Assembly (NCBI GenBank): GCA_009937025.1 | Contig: JAACDG010000164.1 | Location: 85 to 64,084, forward strand | Source: Methanobacteriota archaeon | Lineage (GTDB): Archaea; Thermoplasmatota; Poseidoniia; Poseidoniales; Poseidoniaceae | Direction of reading: 5' to 3' | DNA: 64,000 bases | Shown here: piece after piece, positions 39,012 through 48,670 of the stretch | How positions within the stretch are numbered: the stretch's first letter is position 1 | Layout: each line of letters starts with the position of its first letter | The notes under the pieces: generated by a model | Databases searched by the model: none | What the model was told of the DNA's origin: nothing | Seen by the model: the letters and a program-made list of their open reading frames with translations, nothing else | Program-made: the position numbers and the translations under genes

Positions 39012-39985
39012 TGTTAATGCCACCGTTTACACTTCATAATCCGACGACGGTCGAAGAAGCATGCACTCTTGCAGGTGCATTGCTCGAAAAAGGCGAAACA
39101 TTCGATTGGGTTGCTGGAGGCACAGACCTTCTTCCAAATTACAAATGGCACCTCAATCCAAAACCGCATGTGATTTCACTCGCTCGTATCGAAGGCGTTG
39201 ACACGCTTTCCCTCCATGAGATTGGTTGTATGGCGAGACTTTGTGATCTGACGGTCGAAAATGGCATTCACCCCTTGATTGTCGAAGCGGCAGGAAAAGT
39301 TGCCTCTACCTTGATTCGACGCAACGCAACACTTGGTGGCAATCTTTGTCTCGATACTCGATGTTTCTGGTATAACCAAGGCGAAGATTGGCGCCGCTCT
39401 ATCGACTGGTGCCACAAAGCAGACTGTGGGACTGGAGCTGATTGCCGGGTCATTCCAAATCAAAACACATTATGTGTTGCAACCTACCAAGGAGATATTG
39501 CTCCAACATTGATGGTACTCGATGCCGAGGTCCATCTCATCGGGCCCAATGGATTGCGAGTCATTCCACTTACAGAATTCTATCAACTTGATGGAATGAA
39601 GAAAAACGTCCTTGAAGAAGGCGAGTTTTTACTCAAAGTTACGCTCTCAAAAGAAGCGGCAGGTCGTTCAGGTTCATACCAAAAGTTGCGTGTTCGCGAC
39701 TCATGGGATTTCCCTGAAGCAGGCGTTGCAGCATCTTGGATTCCAGGGGATGTATCTTCCCTTCAAATTGCAACAACAGCAGTTGAATCGATCCCTCGCT
39801 GCCATCCAGAAGAAGTATCGGCTGTACTCGGGGATGGCTGGGACGGAATGAAATCGGTCAAAGCACTTGCAGCAGGCGTTCGAAAGAGCGTTCAACCCGT
39901 GAACAACACTTCATTACCTCCACGCTACCGTAAATCGATGGTACGGGTTTTGACCAAGAGAGCGGTCGAGAAAATGATTGATTGA
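39011..39985 (+). CDS. FAD subunit with [4Fe-4S] insertion, HcrB-like
   Basis: AGGTDLLPN, RNATLGGNLCLDTRC..YNQ..WR..C.K..C.V..C.A..D; TGATG coupling to the large subunit. Confidence 0.88.
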   Translation: MLMPPFTLHNPTTVEEACTLAGALLEKGETFDWVAGGTDLLPNYKWHLNPKPHVISLARIEGVDTLSLHEIGCMARLCDLTVENGIHPLIVEAAGKVASTLIRRNATLGGNLCLDTRCFWYNQGEDWRRSIDWCHKADCGTGADCRVIPNQNTLCVATYQGDIAPTLMVLDAEVHLIGPNGLRVIPLTEFYQLDGMKKNVLEEGEFLLKVTLSKEAAGRSGSYQKLRVRDSWDFPEAGVAASWIPGDVSSLQIATTAVESIPRCHPEEVSAVLGDGWDGMKSVKALAAGVRKSVQPVNNTSLPPRYRKSMVRVLTKRAVEKMID

Positions 39986-39994
39986 AGTGATACA

Positions 39995-40969
39995 ATGAAA
40001 AGAACTCCACTGGCTTTATTGATGACTGTCCTTTTCAGTCTCTCTGCTTTGAGCAGTATGCCTGCTCATGCCCAAAGCCCGATTGATGGGCCATCATGGA
40101 CTCTAGGGTGGGCGACCGATATGGATTCAACATACCTCATTGAGATGGACATTGATTGGGATGCAGATGGAGAAATCGTTGCATATGTCGAAAATAACCG
40201 AATGACACAACTTGAACTTGATTTGACCTATGAGTTCGACAGTTGGGTTCCGTTTTCATTCAGTGGCCCCGACACGTTTTCAGTTGCTGCCAATGGCAAT
40301 GAAACATTTTCCATCACCTTTTCTTCAATTAATGATGACGATGCTCGAGAATACAGCCCAGATAACACTTCGAAATTGACGATTACGGCAGATGAAAAAG
40401 TTGGAGACACTTCTGCGAGCACTCAAGAACTTGAAGGAGATGTGAGTGTACCACGTATTTTCGATTTACGTCCAGAAGTCACCTTGCCCGACGAATCGTT
40501 GCATGCAGGTTCATGGATTGAACTTTCAGCCCAACTCGTCAACAGCGGGAATGCTCGTGATGCAGTGAAACAAGCGTCTGTGCAATTCCGCAGTTGCCCT
40601 CATTTGACCATGCCAGGTCTGGAAGACCTTGCAAATACTTTGGTCGATACCACCGGTGCTCAAAGTGGAAAAGATACCTTTGTCGCTCTCCGTCTTGAAG
40701 CCTCGGAAAGTCAACCAAACCGCGTCTGCGAAGCTACCTTATCGTTCACTTCAGAAGGCGATGATGCATCCCGTAGCACGACCTTTGAAATTGAAGTCAT
40801 GGCTGTTGAAAATATTGATGACAATCCGCCCCCCTCAAATCCAGATAATCCGGATGATGGAGATAGCCTTTCACAGGAATCCAACACTTTGCCTTGGATT
40901 GGCGGTGTTGAACTTGTTATGGCGTTGAGTTTTGCGGCTCTTGGCAGAAGCATGAAACAAAAGAACTGA
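39995..40969 (+). CDS. Secreted acidic surface protein with C-terminal anchor
   Basis: Signal peptide ending AHA-Q; P/D-rich linker; ends TLPWIGGVELVMALSFAALGRSMKQKN. Confidence 0.72.
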   Translation: MKRTPLALLMTVLFSLSALSSMPAHAQSPIDGPSWTLGWATDMDSTYLIEMDIDWDADGEIVAYVENNRMTQLELDLTYEFDSWVPFSFSGPDTFSVAANGNETFSITFSSINDDDAREYSPDNTSKLTITADEKVGDTSASTQELEGDVSVPRIFDLRPEVTLPDESLHAGSWIELSAQLVNSGNARDAVKQASVQFRSCPHLTMPGLEDLANTLVDTTGAQSGKDTFVALRLEASESQPNRVCEATLSFTSEGDDASRSTTFEIEVMAVENIDDNPPPSNPDNPDDGDSLSQESNTLPWIGGVELVMALSFAALGRSMKQKN

Positions 40970-41164
40970 ATAGTGCTTTTTTGATATTTTTCGGGGCATT
41001 TGCCACCTATTTTTGACTTGTATTCGTTTTGTAATAAATTGTTTTCCACCCCATATTAACCTGTGGCTTCAAATCATGCATGAACAAGCATTAAGTGTGG
41101 AGCGAGGTTCCGACGGTTGTTTATACTGTTCAAGAGTACCGCAAGCGCACAAGGAGGGAGAAAA

Positions 41165-42745
41165 ATGACAGACACTGAATCAACAAAAATCTCCATCGAA
41201 ACTTGGCTTAAAGTTGGTCTTGTGTCCTCGCTTTTCCTTTCTGTTGTCGTCATCAGTATTGTGAGCTGGGATAAGACCACAGTGCTTTCACCTTACAACA
41301 ATGCAGCAGATGAATATTCTATGCAACAATTGACTGAAATGCGCAATGTAATCGAGTCCGATGATTTCAGTATTGCCAACACCATGTCAACACCGATGTT
41401 GGTCAACGATTGGAACGACCCTCACCGAACCATGCTTATCATTGCTGGACCTGAAAAACCATTTGATGCTGCTGAAGCCTCTGCCCTCCACGACTTTGTT
41501 ACCAAAAAGGGTGGAAAAGTCATTCTTGCAGCAAGTTCGACCAACGCTCAACTTGTCGCCACTGAATTCGGTGTCAAGTATTTCGATGCACCAGTGTATG
41601 ATGACCAGCGATTCTACGAAGTTGAAGACGACTTGGGTGTTCTCCAACCTGCTGATTATCGACGTCTTTGGTCTGCAGCCAGTATCAATCAAAACATCAG
41701 CGAAATGGGTGATGAAAGATTAATTCCTTGTTCTCAAGCCAACATTGCACTCGCTCAAGTCGACAATTGCCGAATGCCTGTTCTTTTCCACCGCCCTACC
41801 GCAATTCAAGTTCTCGATGAACAAACTGAATCAGAACGTGAAATCAGTATTCTTGCAGCAGCATCAACTTCAACACGTGTTGCAAAATTCCCAGACAACA
41901 TCGACAGTGAACTAAACCCAACACTTGGTGAAGGAATGACTGGACTCATCATCCGAATCGATTACCCAGTTAGTGATGTTCTCGATGTCAAACCGAACAA
42001 TGACTACGGCAAAATCGATGTTACGGGTTCCATTGTTTTCGTTTCAGATCACTCGGTTCTCGCCAATCATCTTTGGGATGCTGACTTAGCCGAAGAACAA
42101 GGGTATTTGCAGTGCACCTCTCCAGCCTATGTGGAAAACGGGCACAATTGCTGGGATACTGACCCCGATGGTCTCTCATCTGCTCAAGGCGACACCTCTT
42201 GGAATGGAAACAGCCAATATTTCTCTGCTTTGATTTATGACATGATGGAATTTGATAATCCTGAATTATCAACAACAATCACTCGTTCCCCATCTGAATT
42301 TTATGTTGTCTTTGACGAGAGCCGTCATATTTCGAGTGCTCTTACCTCTCCATTCACAGAGGCTATGGGCGCTATTGTGTTGCTGACCAGTGATGTTGTG
42401 CTCAAGTGGCTTATTATTCTCAATTTGTTTGCTTTGCTTGCAATTGCCATCATGGTTGTTCCTGAAAAAGAAAACTGGCGCCACGTGTTTGACTTGACTC
42501 GATTTAGAGAACGTCCAACAAAATTAGACCCATCTCAATACCAACTTCGTACCCGAGAGGCACTTCTCTCGAAGGTGCGACAGTTCAATGACTTAACGCG
42601 TGATGAATTCATGCGTAAATCCCCTGCGGAGATCATGCAAATGGTCCGTGATCCGCGCTTGGTCGAGCTCATCAGCTCAACCCGTTCCTACTCCAACGAA
42701 GAACTGCGGGACATAATTCCGCAAATACGACGTTGGGGAAATTGA
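41165..42745 (+). CDS. DUF4350-like membrane-anchored protein
   Basis: N-terminal TM; IIAGPEKPF..E...FVTKKGGKVILA; GSIVFVSDHSVLAN; VVFDESRH; precedes the MoxR gene. Confidence 0.7.
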   Translation: MTDTESTKISIETWLKVGLVSSLFLSVVVISIVSWDKTTVLSPYNNAADEYSMQQLTEMRNVIESDDFSIANTMSTPMLVNDWNDPHRTMLIIAGPEKPFDAAEASALHDFVTKKGGKVILAASSTNAQLVATEFGVKYFDAPVYDDQRFYEVEDDLGVLQPADYRRLWSAASINQNISEMGDERLIPCSQANIALAQVDNCRMPVLFHRPTAIQVLDEQTESEREISILAAASTSTRVAKFPDNIDSELNPTLGEGMTGLIIRIDYPVSDVLDVKPNNDYGKIDVTGSIVFVSDHSVLANHLWDADLAEEQGYLQCTSPAYVENGHNCWDTDPDGLSSAQGDTSWNGNSQYFSALIYDMMEFDNPELSTTITRSPSEFYVVFDESRHISSALTSPFTEAMGAIVLLTSDVVLKWLIILNLFALLAIAIMVVPEKENWRHVFDLTRFRERPTKLDPSQYQLRTREALLSKVRQFNDLTRDEFMRKSPAEIMQMVRDPRLVELISSTRSYSNEELRDIIPQIRRWGN

Positions 42746-42764
42746 TAATTGGAGGAAAATAGAC

Positions 42765-43943
42765 ATGCAACCCCCCGCACCACCAGCAGCCCCGCCCGCG
42801 CCAGCGCCAGCAGCTCCTGTGGCCCCAGCAGCACCTGCAATGCCTGCACCAGCAGCGCCAATGCCTGCGGCACCTATGCCAGCAGCACCAGCGCCTATGC
42901 CAGCAGCACCAGCAGCACCTGCCCCAGCCCCAGCAGCACCAGCAGCACCGGCCGCTCCGGCCCAGCCGAAGCACCAGACCAGCCCAGAAAACAAAGAGAA
43001 ATTGAAGGCCGTCGGCTCGATTGCAAGCGCAATTAGTGCCGAAGTCCAGAAAGTAATTATCGGTAAAGCACACGTTATCGATAATGTTCTGATCAATATT
43101 CTTTCCAATGGTAACCTTCTGTTCGAAGATTACCCAGGTCTGGCAAAGACATTGATGACCAACACCTTTGCAGATGCACTTGGTTGTGATTTCAAGCGTG
43201 TTCAATTTACGCCTGACTTGCTCCCAGCTGATATCACAGGTACCAACATCTATGACGCAAAGAAAGGTGAATTTACGTTCAAACCAGGACCTCTATTCTG
43301 TAACCTTCTTCTTGCTGACGAGATTAACCGTGCTCCTCCAAAGACTCAAGCAGCTTTGCTTGAGGCTATGCAAGAGAAGCAAGTTACCATTGGTACTGTT
43401 ACGCACAAGCTTCCAGCACCGTTCATTGTTATGGCAACTCAAAACCCTGTCGAACAAGAAGGTACTTACCCACTTCCAGAAGCACAACTTGACCGTTTCA
43501 TGTTCAAGATGTCCGTCGGATATCCAGACCGCGCTGATGAAGACGAGATTCTTGCTCGTCGTATCGCCCGTGGAAAGGATGCAGTCGAAGTCGAAGTCAT
43601 CACTCATCCTGAGATGGTGATTAACATGCAACAAGCATGTGAATTCGTTTACGTCGACCCTGCTCTCCGAATGTATATGGTTGAAGTTGTTTCCCGAACC
43701 CGTGAAGATCCACGTGTTTTGGTCGGCGCTTCTCCTCGTGGTTCCCAAGCATTGCTCAAGACCTCCCGTGCTGCAGCAGCACTTCGAGGCCGAGACTTCG
43801 TCACCCCTGATGATATCAAAGCAATCGCTGAACTCGCACTTGCACACCGAATTATTCTCAAGCCTGAGCATCAAATCAAAGGCCTTGAGTCTGGTGAAGT
43901 GATTCAAGCTATTCTACGAGAAGTCCCAGTCCCTACAGTTTGA
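42765..43943 (+). CDS. moxR: MoxR family AAA+ ATPase with Pro/Ala-rich N-terminus
   Basis: EDYPGLAKT, RVQFTPDLLPADITG, LLADEINRAPPKTQAALLEAM, TQNPVEQEGTYPLPEAQLDRF. Confidence 0.95.
   Translation: MQPPAPPAAPPAPAPAAPVAPAAPAMPAPAAPMPAAPMPAAPAPMPAAPAAPAPAPAAPAAPAAPAQPKHQTSPENKEKLKAVGSIASAISAEVQKVIIGKAHVIDNVLINILSNGNLLFEDYPGLAKTLMTNTFADALGCDFKRVQFTPDLLPADITGTNIYDAKKGEFTFKPGPLFCNLLLADEINRAPPKTQAALLEAMQEKQVTIGTVTHKLPAPFIVMATQNPVEQEGTYPLPEAQLDRFMFKMSVGYPDRADEDEILARRIARGKDAVEVEVITHPEMVINMQQACEFVYVDPALRMYMVEVVSRTREDPRVLVGASPRGSQALLKTSRAAAALRGRDFVTPDDIKAIAELALAHRIILKPEHQIKGLESGEVIQAILREVPVPTV
42771..42965 (+). repeat. Low-complexity coding repeat (PAAP/PAAPM)
   Basis: GC-rich ccagcagca iterations. 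Confidence 0.85.
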
Positions 43944-43973
43944 TTGTAGTACTGAACTTATTTTGAGGTGAGA

Positions 43974-45290
43974 ATGATGTGGAGTCGTAAATCTGCTATG
44001 TTAGGAAGTTTGGCTATTGCCATGTATTTGCTTGGTTTGACCTTGCGAAATTCCCAACTTGTCACGATTGCGGTTGTCATCTTCGTTTTCCTAACTTGGG
44101 CTGCCTTGTTTGGCGGCCATGCTGACGTTGCCGCTACCGGCCGTCGAGCAGACGAGTGGTCTGGAGAAGAAGGTGCAGCACTGAACAGTGTAAGCGCAAT
44201 GCGTAAATTGTCCAGTGCCCGTATTTTTGAAGACGGAGAACTCAACATCACCTTGAGGATGCAAAACCATTCCTCTCTTGCCAAAATACTTGAAGTGCGA
44301 GACCGAGTTCCAGAAGTAATGCGCATCAAAGATGGTGCGAATTACATTTTGATGGAATTAGGTCCGCGCCGTGAAACATTCATCGAATACACTGTTGAAT
44401 GTCCACTTCGAGGTTTCTATAGTGTTGGTCCTGTGGCTGTCAGGATTCAAGACCCATTCGGATTATTCCACAAGGAAAAAGAATTGCATGTCTACAATGA
44501 TTTCCTTGTGTTCCCGAAAATGGAAGACCTCAAAGAGACGTTCGTCAAATCCCGTGTTCCGAAAATTTTCACTGGTGCGGTCAACATTCGTCAACCTGGT
44601 CCAGGTTCAGAATTTTATTCCCTTCGTGAGTATTTCGAAGGCGATTCATTCCGAGCCATTAACTGGTCTGCGTATGCTCGCTCTGGGAAGTTGATGGTCA
44701 ACGAGCGTGAACGTGATGCAGTTTCTGACATCATTATCATCGTTGACTCACGTTCTGTTGCAGAAACAGGTCCAGTTTCTCGTAATGCATTGGTCTATTC
44801 GACCCGTGCAGCGGCATCCTTGGCAAAATATTTCCTTGGTCGCCGAGACTCCGTCGGTATCATCGTTTACGGTGATGAAGTCGTTAGTGTTGACCGAGAT
44901 ACAGGGAAGAAGCAACTCTATGTCATCTTAACCAAACTTGCTGGTGCTGTTGCAAGAGGGAACATCCCACTTCAAGTGGTTGTCAACCGTATTTTGCCGC
45001 ACATCAACAAGGGTAGTCCGATTATATTCTTGTCCAATCTTGAAGATGATCCAACAATTGTCAACGCTCTGCGTGATTTCCGTGCTCGAAACTTCGATGT
45101 TACGGTTCTCACCCCCTCGTCGCTTGAGTTTGAATTCGATGCACGTCGCATTGACCGAACCGGCTACGAAGTCATGAAGACCGAGCGAGATGTTCTCATC
45201 AGCGAACTTCGTGGACTTGGTGTCAATATTATGGATTGGGAGCCAGATATGCTGCTCTCAACAGCACTTGCAGGCGCAAGAGGATTCTGA
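43974..45290 (+). CDS. DUF58 (vWA-like) protein
   Basis: RGFYSVGP, DPFGLF, EFYSLREYFEGD, INWSAYAR; follows moxR; GAGGTGA RBS. Confidence 0.9.
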   Translation: MMWSRKSAMLGSLAIAMYLLGLTLRNSQLVTIAVVIFVFLTWAALFGGHADVAATGRRADEWSGEEGAALNSVSAMRKLSSARIFEDGELNITLRMQNHSSLAKILEVRDRVPEVMRIKDGANYILMELGPRRETFIEYTVECPLRGFYSVGPVAVRIQDPFGLFHKEKELHVYNDFLVFPKMEDLKETFVKSRVPKIFTGAVNIRQPGPGSEFYSLREYFEGDSFRAINWSAYARSGKLMVNERERDAVSDIIIIVDSRSVAETGPVSRNALVYSTRAAASLAKYFLGRRDSVGIIVYGDEVVSVDRDTGKKQLYVILTKLAGAVARGNIPLQVVVNRILPHINKGSPIIFLSNLEDDPTIVNALRDFRARNFDVTVLTPSSLEFEFDARRIDRTGYEVMKTERDVLISELRGLGVNIMDWEPDMLLSTALAGARGF

Positions 45291-45299
45291 GGTGAGAAA

Positions 45300-46226
45300 A
45301 TGACTGTATCCCGACCATCCAGCGACACTGCCCACTTGTATGATGGAAAGACTGTTCGTTCAGCAGCACCATCTCGAAAGAAGATTGCAGGTCAAATTGG
45401 CTCTGGAACTGAAATTCCAAAAGATGCGATTCCTCAAGTTGAAATTCCTTCCTTTATCGAAAGTCTTCTTGGAGGGCCTTTGGTCCCAAAGACGAAATTC
45501 TTGCCACCGGCAAAGATGGTCCAAAACCTTCAACTCGGTGTTTATGGTATTCTTGTGGCCTTGGCTTTGATGACCTACATGATTTCACCTGCTGAAGGCA
45601 CTCTTTGGTACATGATTACGGGTAGTTTAGGAATCGCAACGATTCTACAATTGGTGCTTATTGCAGGAGCAACTGGAACTGGCTTTTGGGGAACCTTCCA
45701 ACGTGATGGGCGCTTCACACTTGCCAGCAATTTGATGTTTATTCTCGCTATCCTGCGCTTTGCTTCCTCAAAGGTTACTCTTTCGAGCGACCTCTTTGGT
45801 CTTCAAGACAAGCCGTTTTTACTTTCAGCACTCGTTGTTATCTATTCGGTACTTTTGATTATGTATTTCGAACTGACCAATGGTGTGCTTCGTTATTCGA
45901 TGCTTGACACAAGTATTCGTACCAATGAAGTGTATGTCATGAACCCTCAGAAGATCGTCGGCAAATACCACCGATCTCTACTCATTAATCCAATCATCGC
46001 CACCCTCTTGGCAACCATTGTTCTCTCTGCAAATACAATCCTTCCATTCTTTGTAGGTATTCTTTCGAAAGACACCGCTCTTAGAATGGAAGAATCAGTT
46101 GAACTGATTTCGGTCTATGGTGTAGCGCTCGGAACGTTCTTTGTGTTCTGTGTGGTTGGTGGATTGTTTGCTTTGAACCTTCCAACGCATTTGCAAAGTT
46201 TCCGTGAGAAGCGTGCTGAGGATTGA
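45300..46226 (+). CDS. Hypothetical polytopic membrane protein of the MoxR operon
   Basis: GAGGTGA RBS; about 6 TM segments. Confidence 0.7.
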   Translation: MTVSRPSSDTAHLYDGKTVRSAAPSRKKIAGQIGSGTEIPKDAIPQVEIPSFIESLLGGPLVPKTKFLPPAKMVQNLQLGVYGILVALALMTYMISPAEGTLWYMITGSLGIATILQLVLIAGATGTGFWGTFQRDGRFTLASNLMFILAILRFASSKVTLSSDLFGLQDKPFLLSALVVIYSVLLIMYFELTNGVLRYSMLDTSIRTNEVYVMNPQKIVGKYHRSLLINPIIATLLATIVLSANTILPFFVGILSKDTALRMEESVELISVYGVALGTFFVFCVVGGLFALNLPTHLQSFREKRAED

Positions 46227-46228
46227 AT

Positions 46229-47551
46229 CTAAACTTCAATGCTGAGATTCAAATATTCTGCTAATACTTCAAGCATTGAGTGTATTTCTTTCTTTTTAGA
46301 GAGCAGGCGAATCGCATGATCGGTTGCTGAAAGAACCTCCACATCAAGGAGTGTTTGTATTTCATGAATGATAGATAATTCCGAGTCTTCAGGTAGTTTA
46401 TTTCCGACCAATGAGAACATAACGCCATATTCTTCCGTCTCAGGTGTAGAGAAATGTGCTGAAACGATTGAATTCGCTTTTCCAATATCGTGTTGTGAGA
46501 TAACCCATACTATTTCTCCATGGGTTGAATCCAGGTGCCAACAAGGAATGTTTTCATGTGCAAATTCGATGAGGACACGTCCAAGTTGCTCATTCTGACT
46601 TTCAAGAGATGGAGCGCGAGCGCGTATCCGAATGATGTTCGGCAAGCACCCTATGGCTTTCACTCGTCGAGTTTGATGTAAATCTGGACCGATGATTGTC
46701 GCCGCTTTTGTACTTTGAACTCCACGAAGGTCTCGAATCTCAAGTGGAATTCCGACACTGCGAAGAGGTTCAACCGTTGCTGGGTGAAGTACAGGCGTAT
46801 CCAATCTTGCAAGTTCAATGGCTTCCCCATAGCCAAGGTATGGTATTGGAGAGGATTGAATCCCCCATCGAGGATTGAGCGGTAATACGCCGTCAACATC
46901 TTTCCACAATATGACTCGGTCAGCATCGATGAGGTGGGCAATGGATGTTGCTGTATGGTCGCTCCCTCCACGTCCGAGAAGAGCTAATTCACCGTCCGCA
47001 CCTTCACCAAACCATCCAGTGATGACGGGTGTCCCATGGAGCGCAGTCCGGTCCAATTCTTTCATTGAACTCTCTAAATCAACAACCGGTGCTCTGTTGC
47101 TTCCTTTCAACTTCAAACTGATATCTTCAGCACCAACAGGATGGGCTTGAATACCACATTCTTGCAAACGATGTGCAACAACCAAAGCAGAAAGGCGTTC
47201 ACCAGCAGCCAACAATCGGTTCGATGCCTTCCAATCGCTGGAGTTTCGAGATAAAATTTCTAACGCTTGTTCTATTCCATTTAATACAGCGTTGAAGACC
47301 CCTCCATTCTCACTTTCAAGAATGCCAGGAGCAAAGCGTAAATGTTGTCTTGAAAGGTCATTTACCAATCGGCTTGCATAACGTGGCTCTTGACTTGCTC
47401 GCATCAAACGGTCGGTTGTACCCCAAAGTGCTGAGACGACGATGACGGATTGTCCTGGCCAAAACCGAATCACTTCAGCAATGCGGTTTAAATCTGAAAT
47501 ATCTCGAAGGCAAGAGCCACCGAATTTGTGAACAGTGATTTTTTTACTCAT
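46229..47551 (-). CDS. Aspartate kinase
   Basis: HKFGGS, VVSALWGTTD, GERLSA, LGRGGSDHTA, WKDVDG, VLHP; start MSKKIT overlaps the aroC stop. Confidence 0.88.
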   Translation of the reverse strand: MSKKITVHKFGGSCLRDISDLNRIAEVIRFWPGQSVIVVSALWGTTDRLMRASQEPRYASRLVNDLSRQHLRFAPGILESENGGVFNAVLNGIEQALEILSRNSSDWKASNRLLAAGERLSALVVAHRLQECGIQAHPVGAEDISLKLKGSNRAPVVDLESSMKELDRTALHGTPVITGWFGEGADGELALLGRGGSDHTATSIAHLIDADRVILWKDVDGVLPLNPRWGIQSSPIPYLGYGEAIELARLDTPVLHPATVEPLRSVGIPLEIRDLRGVQSTKAATIIGPDLHQTRRVKAIGCLPNIIRIRARAPSLESQNEQLGRVLIEFAHENIPCWHLDSTHGEIVWVISQHDIGKANSIVSAHFSTPETEEYGVMFSLVGNKLPEDSELSIIHEIQTLLDVEVLSATDHAIRLLSKKKEIHSMLEVLAEYLNLSIEV

Positions 47552-48626
47552 CGTAGAAACCTCCACGCATTGCAAGGTCACACAGAACAAGTTTTGCCAT
47601 TGCTTCAACAACAGCAACCGCTCTTGGCCCCAAGACAGGGTCATGTCGACCACCGACAACCAAGGGTTGAATTGAATCGGTTGCTAAATTGAGAGTGTGT
47701 TGCTCCGCAGCAATACTGGATGGTGGTTTGAAAGCAACAGAAACATGAATCGGAGAGCCGGTTGCAAGACCAGCCAGCACACCGTCCGGATTCTCACCAA
47801 GTAATGTGGGATGTTCAGCAGTTCCACCCCATGGATCATTATGCTCTTTCCCTGTCATTCCGACAACATCGAAACCTCGTCCAAAAGTGACGCCGCGAGC
47901 AGCAGGTATGGCCACCATTGCTCGTGCCAGGGCCGGTTCCAACCCATCAAACCAAGGTTCACCTAATCCCAATGGCACTCCTGTTATACGAAGGTCAACA
48001 CGACTTCCAATCGAATTGCGGTCCATTCGATGCTGTTCTACAGTTTCGATCATTGCAAGTGCAGCAAGAGGGTCTCTGCATCGCATTTCTTTACATGCAT
48101 CTGTGTCCCATCGAGGGGGGCATTTTTCCATTGGTAACGCTTGTATTTGGCCTATGGCGCCGACCTGCGCTTCACATTCAATGCCCAATGTTTTGAGAAG
48201 TGGAGAAAGTAAGGCAGCAGAAGCGACTAATGCTGCGGTTAAGCGAGCACTTGAACTCCCTCCACCGCGAAGGTCAGCCTCGCCGTTGGTACGCTTGTGC
48301 ATTACCATGTCCTGATGCCCTGGACGAGGATGGTCGGGTAAGAAACTGTAATCTTTGGATTTTGCATCTTTGTTGGCAATTGAAATTTCTATTTCTTCAC
48401 CGTTAGTTTTGCCATTTGCTACACCTGTTCGGAATTCCACAATATCGGGTTCTCTACGTTTGCTGGCATAGCGCCCTCCAGGGCGCCGAGATGCCATTGC
48501 AAGTTCAATCGCTAAAGAATCAATTTCAATTCCAGCGGGTACACCTGTTAGAATTACTCCAACACGTGGGCCATGACTTGTCCCAAAAAGGGTGAGACGA
48601 ATCCATTCTCCGAGGTGCATATGCAT
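47544..48626 (-). CDS. aroC: Chorismate synthase
   Basis: FGTSHG, RRPG, RPGHQD, RGGGSSSAR, FKPPSSI, GRHDP. Confidence 0.95.
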   Translation of the reverse strand: MHMHLGEWIRLTLFGTSHGPRVGVILTGVPAGIEIDSLAIELAMASRRPGGRYASKRREPDIVEFRTGVANGKTNGEEIEISIANKDAKSKDYSFLPDHPRPGHQDMVMHKRTNGEADLRGGGSSSARLTAALVASAALLSPLLKTLGIECEAQVGAIGQIQALPMEKCPPRWDTDACKEMRCRDPLAALAMIETVEQHRMDRNSIGSRVDLRITGVPLGLGEPWFDGLEPALARAMVAIPAARGVTFGRGFDVVGMTGKEHNDPWGGTAEHPTLLGENPDGVLAGLATGSPIHVSVAFKPPSSIAAEQHTLNLATDSIQPLVVGGRHDPVLGPRAVAVVEAMAKLVLCDLAMRGGFYDE

Positions 48627-48670
48627 TGGACTCAGCAGAACGAGCCGTCCTCCCCTCAAGAAGGTGTGTC

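Noticed and set aside
35598-39985. Aerobic CO dehydrogenase (coxSLM)
   Set aside because: The large subunit has GAMRGHG rather than the AYxCSFR or AYRGAGR active-site loop, and the FAD subunit has a [4Fe-4S] insertion.
42771-42965. CRISPR array or mobile repeat (also considered for 9646-9735)
   Set aside because: Both are codon-phased low-complexity repeats inside ORFs, with no unique spacers and no cas genes.
42672-43907. Long antisense and alternate-frame ORFs over moxR, and similar shadow ORFs across the window
   Set aside because: They lie opposite or within well-supported genes, have no motifs, and are explained by codon bias.
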